Assembly (NCBI GenBank): GCA_035084275.1
Contig: CM068742.1
Span: forward strand, 35,650,001-35,714,000
Direction: 5' to 3'
Origin: Hydrolagus colliei
Taxonomy: Eukaryota
DNA length: 64,000 nucleotides
The notes beneath the pieces were generated by a model. The model did no database searches, was not told the origin of the DNA, and was given only the letters and a program-made list of their open reading frames with translations. The translations under genes were made by a program, and so were the position numbers. Shown piece by piece: positions 10,676 to 23,369 of the stretch (within the stretch, counting starts at the first letter, position 1; every line of letters starts with the position of its first letter).

Positions 10676-13439
10676 AATCTTATAAAGTGCTTTGAGGTAT
10701 CCTCCATTAGCTAAATTGAATACAAGGATGATTATAAGTTGGCAGAAAGCCTTGGAGAAGCTTAAATATTCACATTTTAAAGTTACAGATGGTTAAGTGG
10801 ATGAGACAAAAAATAAAAATGGGAGGAAAAGTATGCATCCATAAAAAGTATACATGTGAAGGACAACAACAACAACAAAATTACATTTATAGAGCACCTT
10901 TCATGTCAGGAAGACATCCCAAGACCTTGACAAGCCATGTACAAGACGTTGACAAGCCCTGTACAAGAAATTATGACAGCCAATTTTCCATTCTTTTGGT
11001 AAATCAACCATGAAAATCAACCCTTTGTTTTTACATTACAAAATATATTGCTCTGTGAAAGGTAAAGTTCTTTTCTGGGACAAAATTAAAAAAATAATAC
11101 ATTGATTATTCCTGTTTTTACTGACAGAATTCTTTGTAATACACACCATTGTAATTGTCTCTCACATTTTGCCAGTAGCTCATATTCAATTATAGAAAAA
11201 ACAAACTTCCATTTACTTTTATTGTTAATTTTTATTGATTCAGAATAATCAGCAGTCTATTTCAGGAATGCTTTGTGCTTTTAACTGATTCCATTCAGTA
11301 AACCTGTGAAGCACTGCTTTCCCTTTCCAGCAGGCACAGAATCTCTCAAGCAGTTATGTGGCCAAATCATTGTGTACGAGAAGCAGGTATTGTTTCTAGT
11401 ATAATTTTAATTTGTTTTAATTTTAAATGTGAGCCAATCTGCCTCTGTCTCTCCCAAAGTGGCCAATTATTCAAGTACTGTATTACTTTTATTGATAATT
11501 TCTTTGCCCATATTTTGGCCTAAGTTCCTCAATGTTTCTCTATCTGCCCTTTGGTTCCTTTTGCTATTCCCTTGAACTGTTTCCTTATTCTGCTCAATGG
11601 ACTCAATGGACTTAACATCAGCAATTGGTACAGTATTGCTTTCAGTAACCCATTCGGTCAGTCCTCTGGGGAAAAATTGCAAGTTACAATAGTTTCAAGA
11701 TGTTGGCAAGCAAACTACTTGGAGTAAGGAATAACTTCAACAAATTGATTGATTTTAGCTGGCTTGAATGAATTGTCTGGATTTAAAAAGCTTTAGCATC
11801 AAATGCTCCTCAAGGACAAACTTCTTAAGTAGATAAAGGAGTATTCCTGATTTTGCCCTGGATTTAGTTTTTTACTTAATCTTTGGTTTGTTCAGCTTGA
11901 CTTGGCACAGTGGTTACTTTATTTTAAATGTAATGTTAATTTAAAATTGTAATCAGAGGTAAAATAAAGGAACATCTAAAGATTTAAAGAAATAGAATAT
12001 TTGAAAATGATATATACGGAGTGCACTCCGCGATGGTTTCTTGTTTTGCAAATTATTGGTTAATGCGGCTGGTGGTAAAAATAGTACAGTATTTAGTGGT
12101 ATTTCTCGAATGTACGATTGGTATTACTGTCAATATAAACAGTGAAAGCAGAGATATGCTTTTTGAGTTTGCCAATTCCATTCCCTGGAGTCTTGCACGT
12201 GCTACCATGTTCCAGTGAACTGGAAGGCTGAATGTTGCCCTATGTAAGTACACAGACCGTGGGGACACTTTGACATCGTCAAGACTATATTGATGCATAT
12301 AAATGCTATAGACAATACCATCCTTATCTTAAGCAGGGACTTGATGTGCTGGAAACTGAAGAACCACCCAGCGAGGCCAGCATTGGCACAAAGAGATCCC
12401 CACTCTGGGATCCAAAACACACACCATAGAACTTACAAAATCAAGCCAGTGCAGTGGCCATTATTGTGGTGGCAATAGCCATTTTTATAGCCTGTGTCTG
12501 ATAGTCTCAACTTTACATAGTTTGGTAAGTATTTTATCCATGCATGATTTGCACACTTGACATTATTTTGCATGCACCAAGACAGTAGAACAAGAAGGTC
12601 AGAGCTGAAACTGTCATTTGCAGGACAGACACCAGGGAGGTTTTCTTTATTCAGAGAATAATTAATGACTGGAACAGGTTGCCAAGGAACTGTGGTTAAA
12701 ACCAGGAAAGTGGACATGTAAAACACAGCTTCATGATTTGACAGTTGCGAATACAGAAAGAATTCGTAGGGATGGGATCAGATGGGTTGAAGGCCTTAAC
12801 TATTCTTGTGATCTTTTGTTCCAATATAGAATCATGTTTGAAAAACAGTAAAAGCTTGGACAAGCATTGTTGTAATATTAACTGGTAAACTTTCACAAAG
12901 AGGCTGCTGGAAATATGTGACTCAATGTTACATTACAGGCCACTGCCAAGGGCATATTTCAAACTGATGTAGGGTTTAACCTCACACACTAATCATGTTA
13001 TAAAACAGAGCTTTGATTAATGTGTGGACATCGTAAACTGCATGCTACAGACAATGTCAATTTAATGAACAGGTCTTATAGCAGACCTTCAGCTGTCAGT
13101 GTATCTTTCACAACATGTCCTGCATCTGCCAAAGTTAAGATGAAAATCCCTCTATTTTCACCAGATCTAATTTCCATGCATTTCCATGTCTCAAACAGCA
13201 ATTATTGAAATTGTTGTTTAAAAGGCAGACAGAAAGGTTGGATACAATTATTTCCTTTGTTTTTCCAAACCTATTGTGCATTATGTGGGCCCTGACGAGC
13301 ATTAAAACCTGACATTCTTGACCTCTGTAACCTTTGAACTGTCAGATATTGTTGAAGTCACATGAATAATTCCAAGATGGAAATTTGCTGATGTTTATGA
13401 TGTGGTTCGACTGAGCCTGCTGCTGCCTGTTCATTATAC

Positions 13440-14160
13440 ACATGATGTTGGATGAAGAAGGCCCTTCAGCCCATTTGATCTCATATTCCACCCTAGCTCT
13501 TCCCAACACAGACCAACAATAACTTGAACTTGTCTCTTTTAGAAATGGAAGGAGTGTGCATGTGTTTGAGGGGTGAAGGGAGGGGGGGGGGGGGGGTGCC
13601 TGCTGGGTAATGTGATAGTTTTGACCAGTAATTATTTAATAGGATAAATATCACATGTGAGAATTGTCACATTCACATACCCCTCCCCCCCATATGACAA
13701 TGCCAATTGACAGCACAAAAGGAGGATATTCAGCCTGTTTTAACCATATTGACTTTCCAAAAGAGCCATCCTCTTAGTTCCCATTTTGGATTTCTAATTT
13801 TCAGACAGTTATCTAATTCCCTTTTAATAGCTAATATAGATTCTACTTCATTCACAGTTCCAGGCATACCATTCCATGTGCTGATAAACCAGTATATATA
13901 CAAAGAAAATTGCCTAATCTCTCCCTTTGCTCCCTTGGTATTCTTTTAAATCTATATCGTCCAGTTGCTGACGTACTAACCAGTGGAAATAATCACAATA
14001 TCAAAATCCTTTCTAATTTTAAAAGCTATCAGGTCCCCTCTCAATCTTCTCTGTTCCTGGGAGTAATACCTCTCATCCCTGGTATTGATCAGTCTAGTGA
14101 ATCTCCTCCATGCTCTCTTTTATGGCCTTGACACCCTTCCTTTAATGGGGTGCATGAATC
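13440..14160 (-). mobile_element. Fragmented old CR1 3' ends, with a G-rich tract at 13571-13596
   Basis: gaaggcccttcagccc UTR motif and ccattccatgtgctgataa...atcaggtcccctctcaatcttct (reverse complement of RRLRGDLI). Confidence 0.55.
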
Positions 14161-14304
14161 TTGTGAAATGGATTGAATGTCTGATGTCAGAAAGCAAGTC
14201 ATTTCATGCTGGGATGATGCAATATCACAGTATATCAAATCCATATCAATTCATTAAATTGTATTGTTTCAACTGGAAGCCAGAAAATTAGAATGAACCC
14301 CTGA

Positions 14305-14545
14305 ATCTCTGGAACTCTGTCCCTCTACTCCTCTACTTGCCTCCACTCTCTCTGTCTTTAAGGCCAGCCTTGAAACCTACCTGTTTGACTGCCTATTAGT
14401 GACCTCCCCACTGCCTAGTCACTACACCCCCCACATCACTTCTCTCCCCTCATATCACTCCTTACCCCCACCACCCCATCTTGGCATCTGACGATACTTT
14501 TATAAAGTGCTCTAAGAAATTATTGTATGTGAAGGGCATTCTATA
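14305..14545 (+). mobile_element. Decayed L2 3' end
   Basis: ctctggaactct...ccttgaaacctacctgtttgac, and a tail ending ctataaattcaagttattgtt. Confidence 0.7.
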
Positions 14546-15284
14546 AATTCAAGTTATTGTTATGAAATACAATATAACAAGAATTGTGTTATGACCAGGA
14601 TAAGTCTTTATCCAAGGCACAGACATTGCTTGGACAAACGTGCATAGAGTTATGATGCAACATTTCAACACATATATATATATACAATACAGTATTTAGC
14701 ACATTTAAAATGGATTATTTTTACAGTAAAATCATTCAACCATTGAAGATCCAGAAATCAACTTGCATATATTGTACTACCAACAGACACTGGAATGGTC
14801 GTTGGACAGAACAATCTGGGCTGGTGCTGGGAATCTGCTAAGCGTACAATGCTTAACCTATTGTAGTTCTGTTTAAGACTTCAAAAGTAAGGTTGTGTTG
14901 TGTTCTTCCTGTACTAGTCTCTACAGACGTGCATCCTGTCTGACCCACACTATAGATACTCAGAGACTTGGAGATATTGTGCGCTCACATTCTGAATTCA
15001 GAATACATCTGCTTTGATTTCATGAGGTGAATTTTCTGTAGTTCTAAGCTGAAGAAACACAGAACAGTACTCACCAGGGGGCGGGAGGGGAGATTGAAGA
15101 TGTTGTCCTTAGTGATAGACCGGAACAGAAATTAAAATATCTCTCATACAAATAAGATGGCCACACACCTGGAGTATTGGGTACAGTTCAAGCCTCTGTG
15201 ATACACCACTAGCGGTTCAATCCCCAGTGGCAGCCGCTTTCCTCTCTGAGACCTGGGAGGGAGGTCAGCAAGGTCTCAGAAAGG

Positions 15285-16450
15285 TTAAACAGCTGCTGCT
15301 CAAGCTCCACGCCTTCAATTTCTCAAATGGGAAGGGATGTGTGCCTGAGCTGTGGGTAGGAGGATGATGGCAATGCTCTCACATATTCCATGCTGAGCCG
15401 TGTTGCAAACTAAGAAGCTCGCAGAGACTTCCTTGTACAGTACCTACCGTTCATCTAGTGAGGGCATAAACACACATTTGTTGGATGTCAAATAGCAAAC
15501 TGGTGACTATGCTCCAGTTGGGGAGTAGGTAAGCAGTGTTTTCATGGAGCTCAGTGGCTTCCAAACTTTGAATAGCGGTGCCCCTCTAACTCAGCGAAGT
15601 TTTCGTTGTGCCCACCCCTCCTTTACATTGAATAACTTACGCAAATAATAACAGCAAATTCAATATTTTCTTTACTTGTTTTAATTTTTTTTTAAGTATT
15701 AACAAAAAACACTAAATTGTTAAAAAAGAATTAATTAAATGAAAAAATTTATTAAAGTTGTGAAACCAATTACAGTATTTACACTTACAATTTACAACAC
15801 TTAGAATTTGTTGGTGTGATGCGTGAGCTTGCTTTTCAGCGCAAAATTTCTCCCTGAATGCCTGCCTGGCTCACTCAATCACTGCTGGTCTCACTCGCTG
15901 CAGGCCTTGCTCGCTCTCTCGCTGCCAGCCTGGTTTCATGAGCTCTGCAGGTGAAGTCCTAGTTCCTAGTTCCTAGTTCCGTCGTGCCCCCTTTCCACCC
16001 ACTAGCGAACAACATATTAGTGAACGTTGGAATGTTAAGCGGCATTTACCTGTAATAAGAACAATAATGGCCCCACACCCCCAACCAATGGTACGCGCCC
16101 CTCAAGGGAGGTGTGACCCACAGTTTGGAAACCACTGTTGCAGCTGAACTGATTCCAAGGCTGACATGTTTGGCAACAGAATATCAGAATCGAGTCAACC
16201 CTCTGTGGCAGTCTCAGTATCCAGTTCCTAAGATGGGCAGGACCCCAGGATTCCAGGGCACTGCTGTTGACAGCCCAGCAAGGGGGCTCATTGGCAAGAC
16301 TTGCAAGGACAAATTAGTCAATGGTGGCGGGGACTCTTTCTACTCATTCTAGTTAACCTGGCGAGGCAAAGGCTTAGCAGATAGAGTAGTTTCCTAGCAA
16401 ATAGTGTTAAAGCTTGCCACACAATGCTCTCAATGACAAGTTATACTCGG
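15285..16450 (+). repeat. Old unclassified interspersed repeat, copy A, interrupted by the hAT MITE
   Basis: Blocks match the reverse complement of 30550-30750: cagctgctgctcaagctccac, atgtgtgcctgagctg, ccaag..tgacatgtttgg, accctctg.ggc, tccagttcct. Confidence 0.65.
15552..16137. mobile_element. Non-autonomous hAT (Charlie-like) DNA transposon, 586 bp
   Basis: TIRs cagtggcttccaaact / agtttggaaaccactg (15/16 match). The 8-bp flanks atggagct / ttgcagct match at 6/8. Subterminal g(t/c)gcccc motifs are present. Confidence 0.85.
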
Positions 16451-16456
16451 TAGCAG

Positions 16457-17340
16457 AGTGAGCTCTGAGGATGATGCAAAAAGATTGGAACAAGATATAG
16501 ATAGGTTAGGGGAGTGGGCAAGTAGGTGGCAGATGGAATTCAATGTTAGCAAGTGTGAAATTATTCACCTAGGTAGCAAGAATAAAAGAATAGATTATTT
16601 TCTAGAGGGGGAGAAGTTAGATACAGTTAATATTCAAAGGGATTTGGGTGTCCTTGTATACCAGTCCCAAAAAGTTAGTTTGCAGGTACAGCAAGCAACT
16701 AGGAAGGTGAACGGCATGCTAGCGTTCATTTCAAAAGGTTTAGTGTATAAGAGTAGGGAAGTCTTGCTGCAACTGTATAGGGCTCTGGTGAGACCGCATC
16801 TAGAGTATTGTGTGCAGTTTTGGTCTCCTTATTTAAAAAAGGACATACTTGCCTTAGAGGGGGTGCAGCGTAGATTCACTAGGTTAGTTCCTGGGATGAG
16901 GGAACTGACCTATGAGGATAGGTTGAATAAACTAGGGCTGTGTTCTCTAGCGTACAGAAGAATTAGGGGGGATCTTATTGAAACATATAAGATTCTTAAA
17001 GAGTTAGATAAAGTAGACACTGAGAGACTGTTTCCCCTGGTAGGATAATCTATAACCAGGGGTCACAGTCTTAAAATTAAGGGTCAGCCTTTTAGAACAG
17101 AGTTGAGGAAACATTTCTTCACTCAGAGGGTAGCTACCCCAGAAGGCTGTAGATGCTCAGTCCTTGAACATTTTCAAGGCTGAGACTGATAGATTTTTGA
17201 AAAATAGAGGGATTAGGGGATATGGGGATAGGGCAGGTAATCAAAGTTAGGTGAGAAGATCAGCCATGATCTTGTTGAATGGTGGAGCAGGCTCGAAGGG
17301 CCGAATGGCCTACTCCTGCTCCTAATTCTTATGTTCTATG
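16457..17340 (+). mobile_element. Young 5'-truncated CR1 LINE
   Basis: ORF 16458-17048 reads DIDRLGEWASRWQMEFNVSKC...RDLGV...[13 protein letters not shown]. It is near-identical to 3771-4450 but has a premature stop and a small deletion near 17133. Confidence 0.95.
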
Positions 17341-17436
17341 CAACTTTAGCTGGTTAGACTTGAGCAGTACCCCAATGCACCCTCTGGGAACCCCAAGCCT
17401 TAGCTCTTGCCAACCTATGCCTAAAAGGTCACAAAA

Positions 17437-17680
17437 CGTACTTGCTAGCGAGAGACCTGGGTATGATTTCCAGTAGCATGACACCTTGGGCAAGTTTCCT
17501 TACTCCGCACGCCTGATAATAATCCTTCTCAAAAAATAATAAATTGGTCATTTCAATCCACCAATGTTTGTGGGACACTGCTGCTTGCAAATAGCTGCCA
17601 CATTTCTCCCACATATATGCGCTTTGAGACATCTAGAAGATGTGAAAAGTGCTATATCAAATGCAAGGATTATTATTATT
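17437..17680 (+). mobile_element. tRNA-derived SINE with partial head and internal deletion
   Basis: gagacctggg...ccttgggcaagtttccttactcc...gctatatcaaatgcaaggattattatt. Confidence 0.85.
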
Positions 17681-20600
17681 AATATAAAACTAGGTGCTGC
17701 AATGGTGGATGCAGCAAAGGACACAGAACTCGCTAATGGCAATGGTCACAAAGAAACTGTTCCGGCAATGTTAACAAAACCTACTCCCAACAAAGGTCAT
17801 AAAACTGAGTTCCAGAAATAAACAAGGGAATCGATCCCGGCAGATGTAACAAAAATAGTTGGGGCAATGATCGCAATTGTTTTCCGTCAAAAGTCACAAA
17901 GGCTAGTTTCAGCAACACTCACACAGCGATCCCAGAACTGTCTTTCTACGTGGACTATGGGCAGCTAGTTTTGGAAAAGGCACGGTAAGTGGATGTCCCA
18001 AAATAAATCCTGTGTTTCACTGAATTTACCCAAGGGTTTTTTTTTGTGTTAAATTTTCACCACTGATTTTCTTTCGTTCTTTGAAGAAAAAACAGACCCC
18101 TAAAACAGACCTCATGAAAAATACCCAGGGTTTATTCTGTAAATAAAAAATTACTTTAGGTTATTTGTATGGTAGTTATTTTTCATCCATGTGTGATTAA
18201 AACGTGAAATGCTATTTTGATCTGATGGTTACTGACCTTTGATGATTTGCTCCACGTAATCTTAATAAAATGATCTCACAAAACTGCTATTAGAGAATCT
18301 CCACGCCACAGAGATAAAAATAAATCTGAGGTTATCAGACACTATTGAAATGCTAATTTCCAATTTATACAGTTTAATTTCAACAGCGAGAACATGTAGG
18401 AGATGAGGAAGCAATTCACACTTTTCCTTATTAAATTACAAAATGAAGCTTGAAACATTGTAATCTGCCAAAACATCTGAAAACCCCATTTTAATCCACT
18501 GGCTTTGTGCAAAATGCTGCCCATTTAATTTTATTTGAAAAAAAATCCCTCCAAAAACTAGGCAGCCATTTCATAAGAGATTATGGAACTTTCTATTTTG
18601 ATAAGTTGAAATCAATTCCAATTTTATTTTTCAAACCATTTCCACACTTGGATGAGGAAACCAATATAGCACATTGTATTTCAGTTTATTCTAATTCAAT
18701 CCTTTGTAACACAACACAAAACAAAACAAAACTACATTTATAGAGCGCTTTTCACATCGGGAGGACGTCCCAGGGCATTGATAACACACGGACCTATAAG
18801 TATATTCACAACCCTGCAGCAATTTGTTTTAACCATTTGAATGGTCAGATCTTCGTACACATTACTTTCTCAGTTTCAGATCAGGATGTGTAATAATACA
18901 TTCTGGTTGTGTGCTGTGTTTCAAAACTTCAGATAAAACGACTAGTGTTTCCTCTTCCTTCCCAATGTGGGAGCTCGGGGAGAGTTGCATTAAACACAAT
19001 GAAACTTGCAAACAGAGCTGTGTAGTCACAAGGGACACCACATGGGAGCAAATCCATCAACTGGAAAATCTTTAGAACCGTACAATTATAGTTTGCAGCA
19101 AATCTGCTGATTTTTAAAATGTTATCCTGCAGCAGAATCTGTTTGTGTCTAAAAGTTGCAGCCGCACTTATTTGTTCTGTAGTGATGAAAGAAGAAAAGA
19201 TTCTAAACAAAAGATTGCATTGGAAAGCAGAAGTTTAATGAAACCTATTTAAAGTTAATTAATAAATACCAGCAGCATGAGGTAAGATGCATAATGAAGA
19301 GGGGCTGAGGATTTCATATGCCTGTACTTAGCATCTTGCAAATTGGAATCAACAAGACTTTTTCTTTTCCAATCACGTGTATGAAGATTAGTTGTCTACT
19401 CTTTGGTGCAGAGCTGCTAAACATTTTTACTGGCTCCAGTACAAAGCCAGACAGCGCTCATAAATCAGCTTTCTCAGGAGAGTATCTACAGCGTGAGAAT
19501 ACAAAACTGCCTTCCTGTTTGTAGCGATGCAGAAAATATGTAACTATGAATATTTCCTTACTGGTACTTCAGGACAGTAAACATTCTTCATAGGCTGGAG
19601 CTGAATTTTAATGCTCTGTATCCTCTGGCATTGCTTCACTGTAAATGGCCTACAACACCTGCTATGCTTATTAAATCTGCAATCTATCTTTTGGATGTCT
19701 ATTAAGTCAATTTTAAACCACTATATCTGTCTTTTTGTTTATAATCTCCCTGAACTTGAATGTGCTTCATTGTAATGTTAGCTCTTTGAGATCCTTAAAG
19801 TTGTAACAGCACTATTGGTCCATGCATTTTTGAATACAGCTCAAAGTTTACAATTATGCCTGCTCAGATCTATACAGGTTTTATTTGAAAGCTGTCTCCT
19901 CCAAAATATATTGCAGTCTTTTGGGTAGCACATATGTTTGAATCTATAATTTTGTTGAACATTGTGTCTATTGTCTGTGTATAAATAGCGAAATAATGGC
20001 TCGCATATTTTCTTTAGCTAGAAGCAGTAAAAACATATGTTGCACATTTTAACGTTGAGCTGTTGAAGTGATGTACAGATAGGAGTTGAGATGAATCTGA
20101 TTTACAGCTGCTGAAAAGGCTGTGAGTAAAGTATTCAGCACGGTTTAAAGTATAAAATTGGAAGCGGGCGTTTGGAGCAATGTTCACACATCAGTTTGTA
20201 TAACTTTGGAAGATATATAAGGAGCTCAGACTGGGATGATTTATGATGGGCAAGGAACAGGCAGTTTCATTACAGGAAGTCTCCTGCAAATTGCTCTTCT
20301 GAACACTTGCATGATTCTTTCAAAAGTACCATTAAAAAAGTGAAGTTTCAAGTTTTTGCAAATGGTTATGTGTCTTGTGTTGAGGGTAATGAGTGCAGAT
20401 CTGGACGCCAGTACAATCTTGTGCTCTGAATACTAATAGATTTTATTATAATGCCATGTGTTATACTAATACATTTTACACGTACATTTCCGTCAAAGTT
20501 AGAAATTAATAATGTTTGAAGAAATACAATTAGAACAGCAAGTTAGAATGCATTGCATTACCTACAGTTCAGTGGTGCTGTTCTGCTGTTATTAATGATA

Positions 20601-20984
20601 CTGTACAAAGACTCTGGGCACAATTTTGCCTCTTTTGGATACAAAGCTAAACATTCTTTCACCAGACTTCCATTAGTGCACTAACTTGCAATTTCCCAAA
20701 TTGTTTAAAGAAGTGCTCGAGGCACGTTTGAATGGACTGAAATAAGTAAAGCCTGTTTTTAGGATGGGTTTTCCTTGCCCACAGAGGATCGGCTGTGGGG
20801 AACAAATTGGCAGTAATTGTCATTCTTCCGGAAGCTTTGGATTGATAGTGTTTTGGGAAATATTTGTGCTTGTTTATCCCCTCCTACATTTCTCTCTACT
20901 CCTGGAGATGCTGATTTTGTGCTGGACTTTGTGGTGGAGTTCATTGCCAGGAACATCCATGCCCTTGAATACCCCCTCTGAGTA

Positions 20985-21548
20985 CACGTTCGTAAGTCAG
21001 TCTCCGTATCAATCCTTCCCTCCCCTCCCCCATCTCACCTATTCCTCCACCACCAACTGTCCCCTCTGCATCAGCCTTCAAAATGTCCATTCCCTTTCCA
21101 GCAAAACGCTAACCATCCAAGACCTCATTGTCGATGCCAGCATGACATCCTTTACCTCACCGAAACCTGGGCAATACCAGGCAATGCCTTCCCGCTAACT
21201 GAGGCCACACCACCTGGTTACACCTTCCATCATACCCCACGTCCTAATCACTATGGTAGTCATGAGGCTCTTATCTTCCGGTCCCTGCTTGGCCTATCCC
21301 CTTACTCCTCTGGAACCTTTCCCACATTCTCACTTGCAAGGCCATCCACGGTCTTTTCCCCCCCCCCCACTTAACCTCTCTGTCCTGCAATCCCTCAGAC
21401 TCGGGCCTTCCCCAGCCTCCTTCAAGTCCCGCCTCAAGACCCTCCTCTTCAACCGTGCCATCGGTCACCCCACATCCCCTCCCTTCCCTCCACCCAACCC
21501 CACCTCCATTGTGAAAGCTGCTTTAGAAATGTAATGTTGTTGTTATTG
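20985..21548 (+). mobile_element. Internally deleted L2: endonuclease N-terminus fused to the ORF2 C-terminus and 3' end
   Basis: LQNVHSLSSK..IQDLIVD, then in a shifted frame ILYLTETW...PPGYTFHH.PR (APE endonuclease). At about 21325 it jumps to ILTCKAIHGL...SFKSRLKTLLF and a (GTT)n tail. Confidence 0.8.
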
Positions 21549-21745
21549 TAGTTTTAAGACTGTTGGGGATCAAACAAGAGACTGAGGTTCTGCACTGGCT
21601 CTGCAAGGTGGAATGTACATCCATACAGCTCAATCCTGCCAGCACCTGATGTGAGCAGGGCTGACAGGAGCAAAGCAAGAGAGCGTCAGTCTTGTTTACG
21701 TTTAACTGAAGGAAGCTAGAGCTTATAAACGACTTGATATTTGGG
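21549..21745 (-). mobile_element. L2 ORF2 internal fragment, inverted relative to its neighbour
   Basis: The minus strand reads NIKSFISSSFLQLNVNKTDALL, the L2 xIxxWMxxNFLQLNxxKTE motif. Confidence 0.7.
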
Positions 21746-21814
21746 CCAAATGGCCGGCTTCCATGTGGTATCACTCTATGTAACACATACAATATACACA
21801 CACATTAATATACA

Positions 21815-22258
21815 GTAATAATAATAAAGATCCTTGCTTTTGAAACAGTGCTTTTCACAACTTCTTGACATCTCAAAGAGCTTCACAGAATATACCGTAA
21901 AGTGAATTGAATGTACATCTGTGGGCAAAATACGGTAGTCAATTGCACACAGCAGTGTCCCACAAACAGTCGTGGATTGAGTGACCAAATTATTTTTTGA
22001 TTTTCTTCTTGAGGGGTCAAATATGTGGAGTAAGGAAACTTGGCCACAGCTTCGCGCTGCCATCTTTTCTCACAGCAGTGTACCACCAACAGTCATGGAT
22101 TGAAGTGGACAATTATTAATTATTTTTCTTCTCTCAAGATACAGTATTATTATCAGACACGTGGAGTAAAGAAACTTGCCCAAAGTTTCTCCCTGCCTGG
22201 AATTGAACCCAGTTTCACTTGTAAGGTGACTGCTCTAACCACTGAGCTACACAGGGCT
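21815..22258 (-). mobile_element. Two tandem partial SINE copies
   Basis: Tail plus body at 21815-22045, and body plus head at about 22070-22258. Confidence 0.8.
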
Positions 22259-23369
22259 ACAGAGCTACCAACTGAGCTAGGCAACTGAGAAAAATGGATG
22301 TGAGGTGCTTGAACACAGGATAAAAGAGAAACCATGAGTTTAAGTGGAATGTGGCAGCTCACATTGGTTGACTTGTTGGCAGCATATTTAAACATGACGT
22401 GAGTGCTTTTAAATGTGCTTCTGGCAAGGGAACAAAGCATTGCATACAGCAAAAAATTGTTGGCAGAGAAAGGAGAACCGGTTTAACTCAGCAAAAAAAC
22501 TCAAGGTAAAGGTATTATCCCATAAAATGATAGTCCTACTCTTGGACCAATGGTGGTGTGAACTGGCTTCAGTCTCAATCATTATGATATAGTGTGTGTG
22601 TGTCTGTGTCTGTGGTGGAGTGGTGTAATTGGCTAGTTATTAGCTCACTGTTGACCATGTCCATCAATTGATAATAGTAATTATTTCCGGTATAATTAAC
22701 ACATCATTGAGCACATCACAATATTTTTGTCCTGTATTAAAAATGTGGAGGCAGATTTGGAGCATTGCTGAATATCTGCCAACCATAGTTTGCTGCGGAC
22801 AAAACATAGTGCATCTTAGTGCAAGCAGGCACTAACCCCCATTTACATAGTAAAATGCTGACCCAAATAAAATAATTCAAATCAATTAATTGTCTTCCCA
22901 CAAGATATGCAAATGATCCCCACTTTTGGCAACTGCAAGTACATAGAAGAAAATAAGATAAGAAACTGCACATTAGTGCAGCAGTTGTCCAGGTGTTACT
23001 ATCATATTCAATTGCTTTGAAGACAAAGATTCTTATTTTGGTAAAGTATACTCTGTATGTGAATGAAGAACCCTGGTCACCACAATGTTTCCTATAATAT
23101 TCTAATGATGTGTTTACTGGAAGGGAGCCTTTAAAGAGGTTTAATAATAATCTGGTCGGGCACAAAAATATTTCTATGAGTCTTATGTTTGAAAGACGCA
23201 TCTGTTAGTGATGGAACTCTACAATGGTATTGATTCCTATTTCAAGGAAATATTTCAAAAACCTCAAGCTTTTGAGCCATTTCAAAGCGCACAATATCAA
23301 TGACTGCAAAATTTTACTTCTTTACAGGCTGTCTAACAAATTCTAGTAGAAGATGTGAAGAGAGTGTCA

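Noticed and set aside
18000-18137. Possible decayed MITE (aataaatcctg...cagggtttatt)
   Set aside because: The inverted repeat is short and imperfect, with no TSD or second copy in the window.
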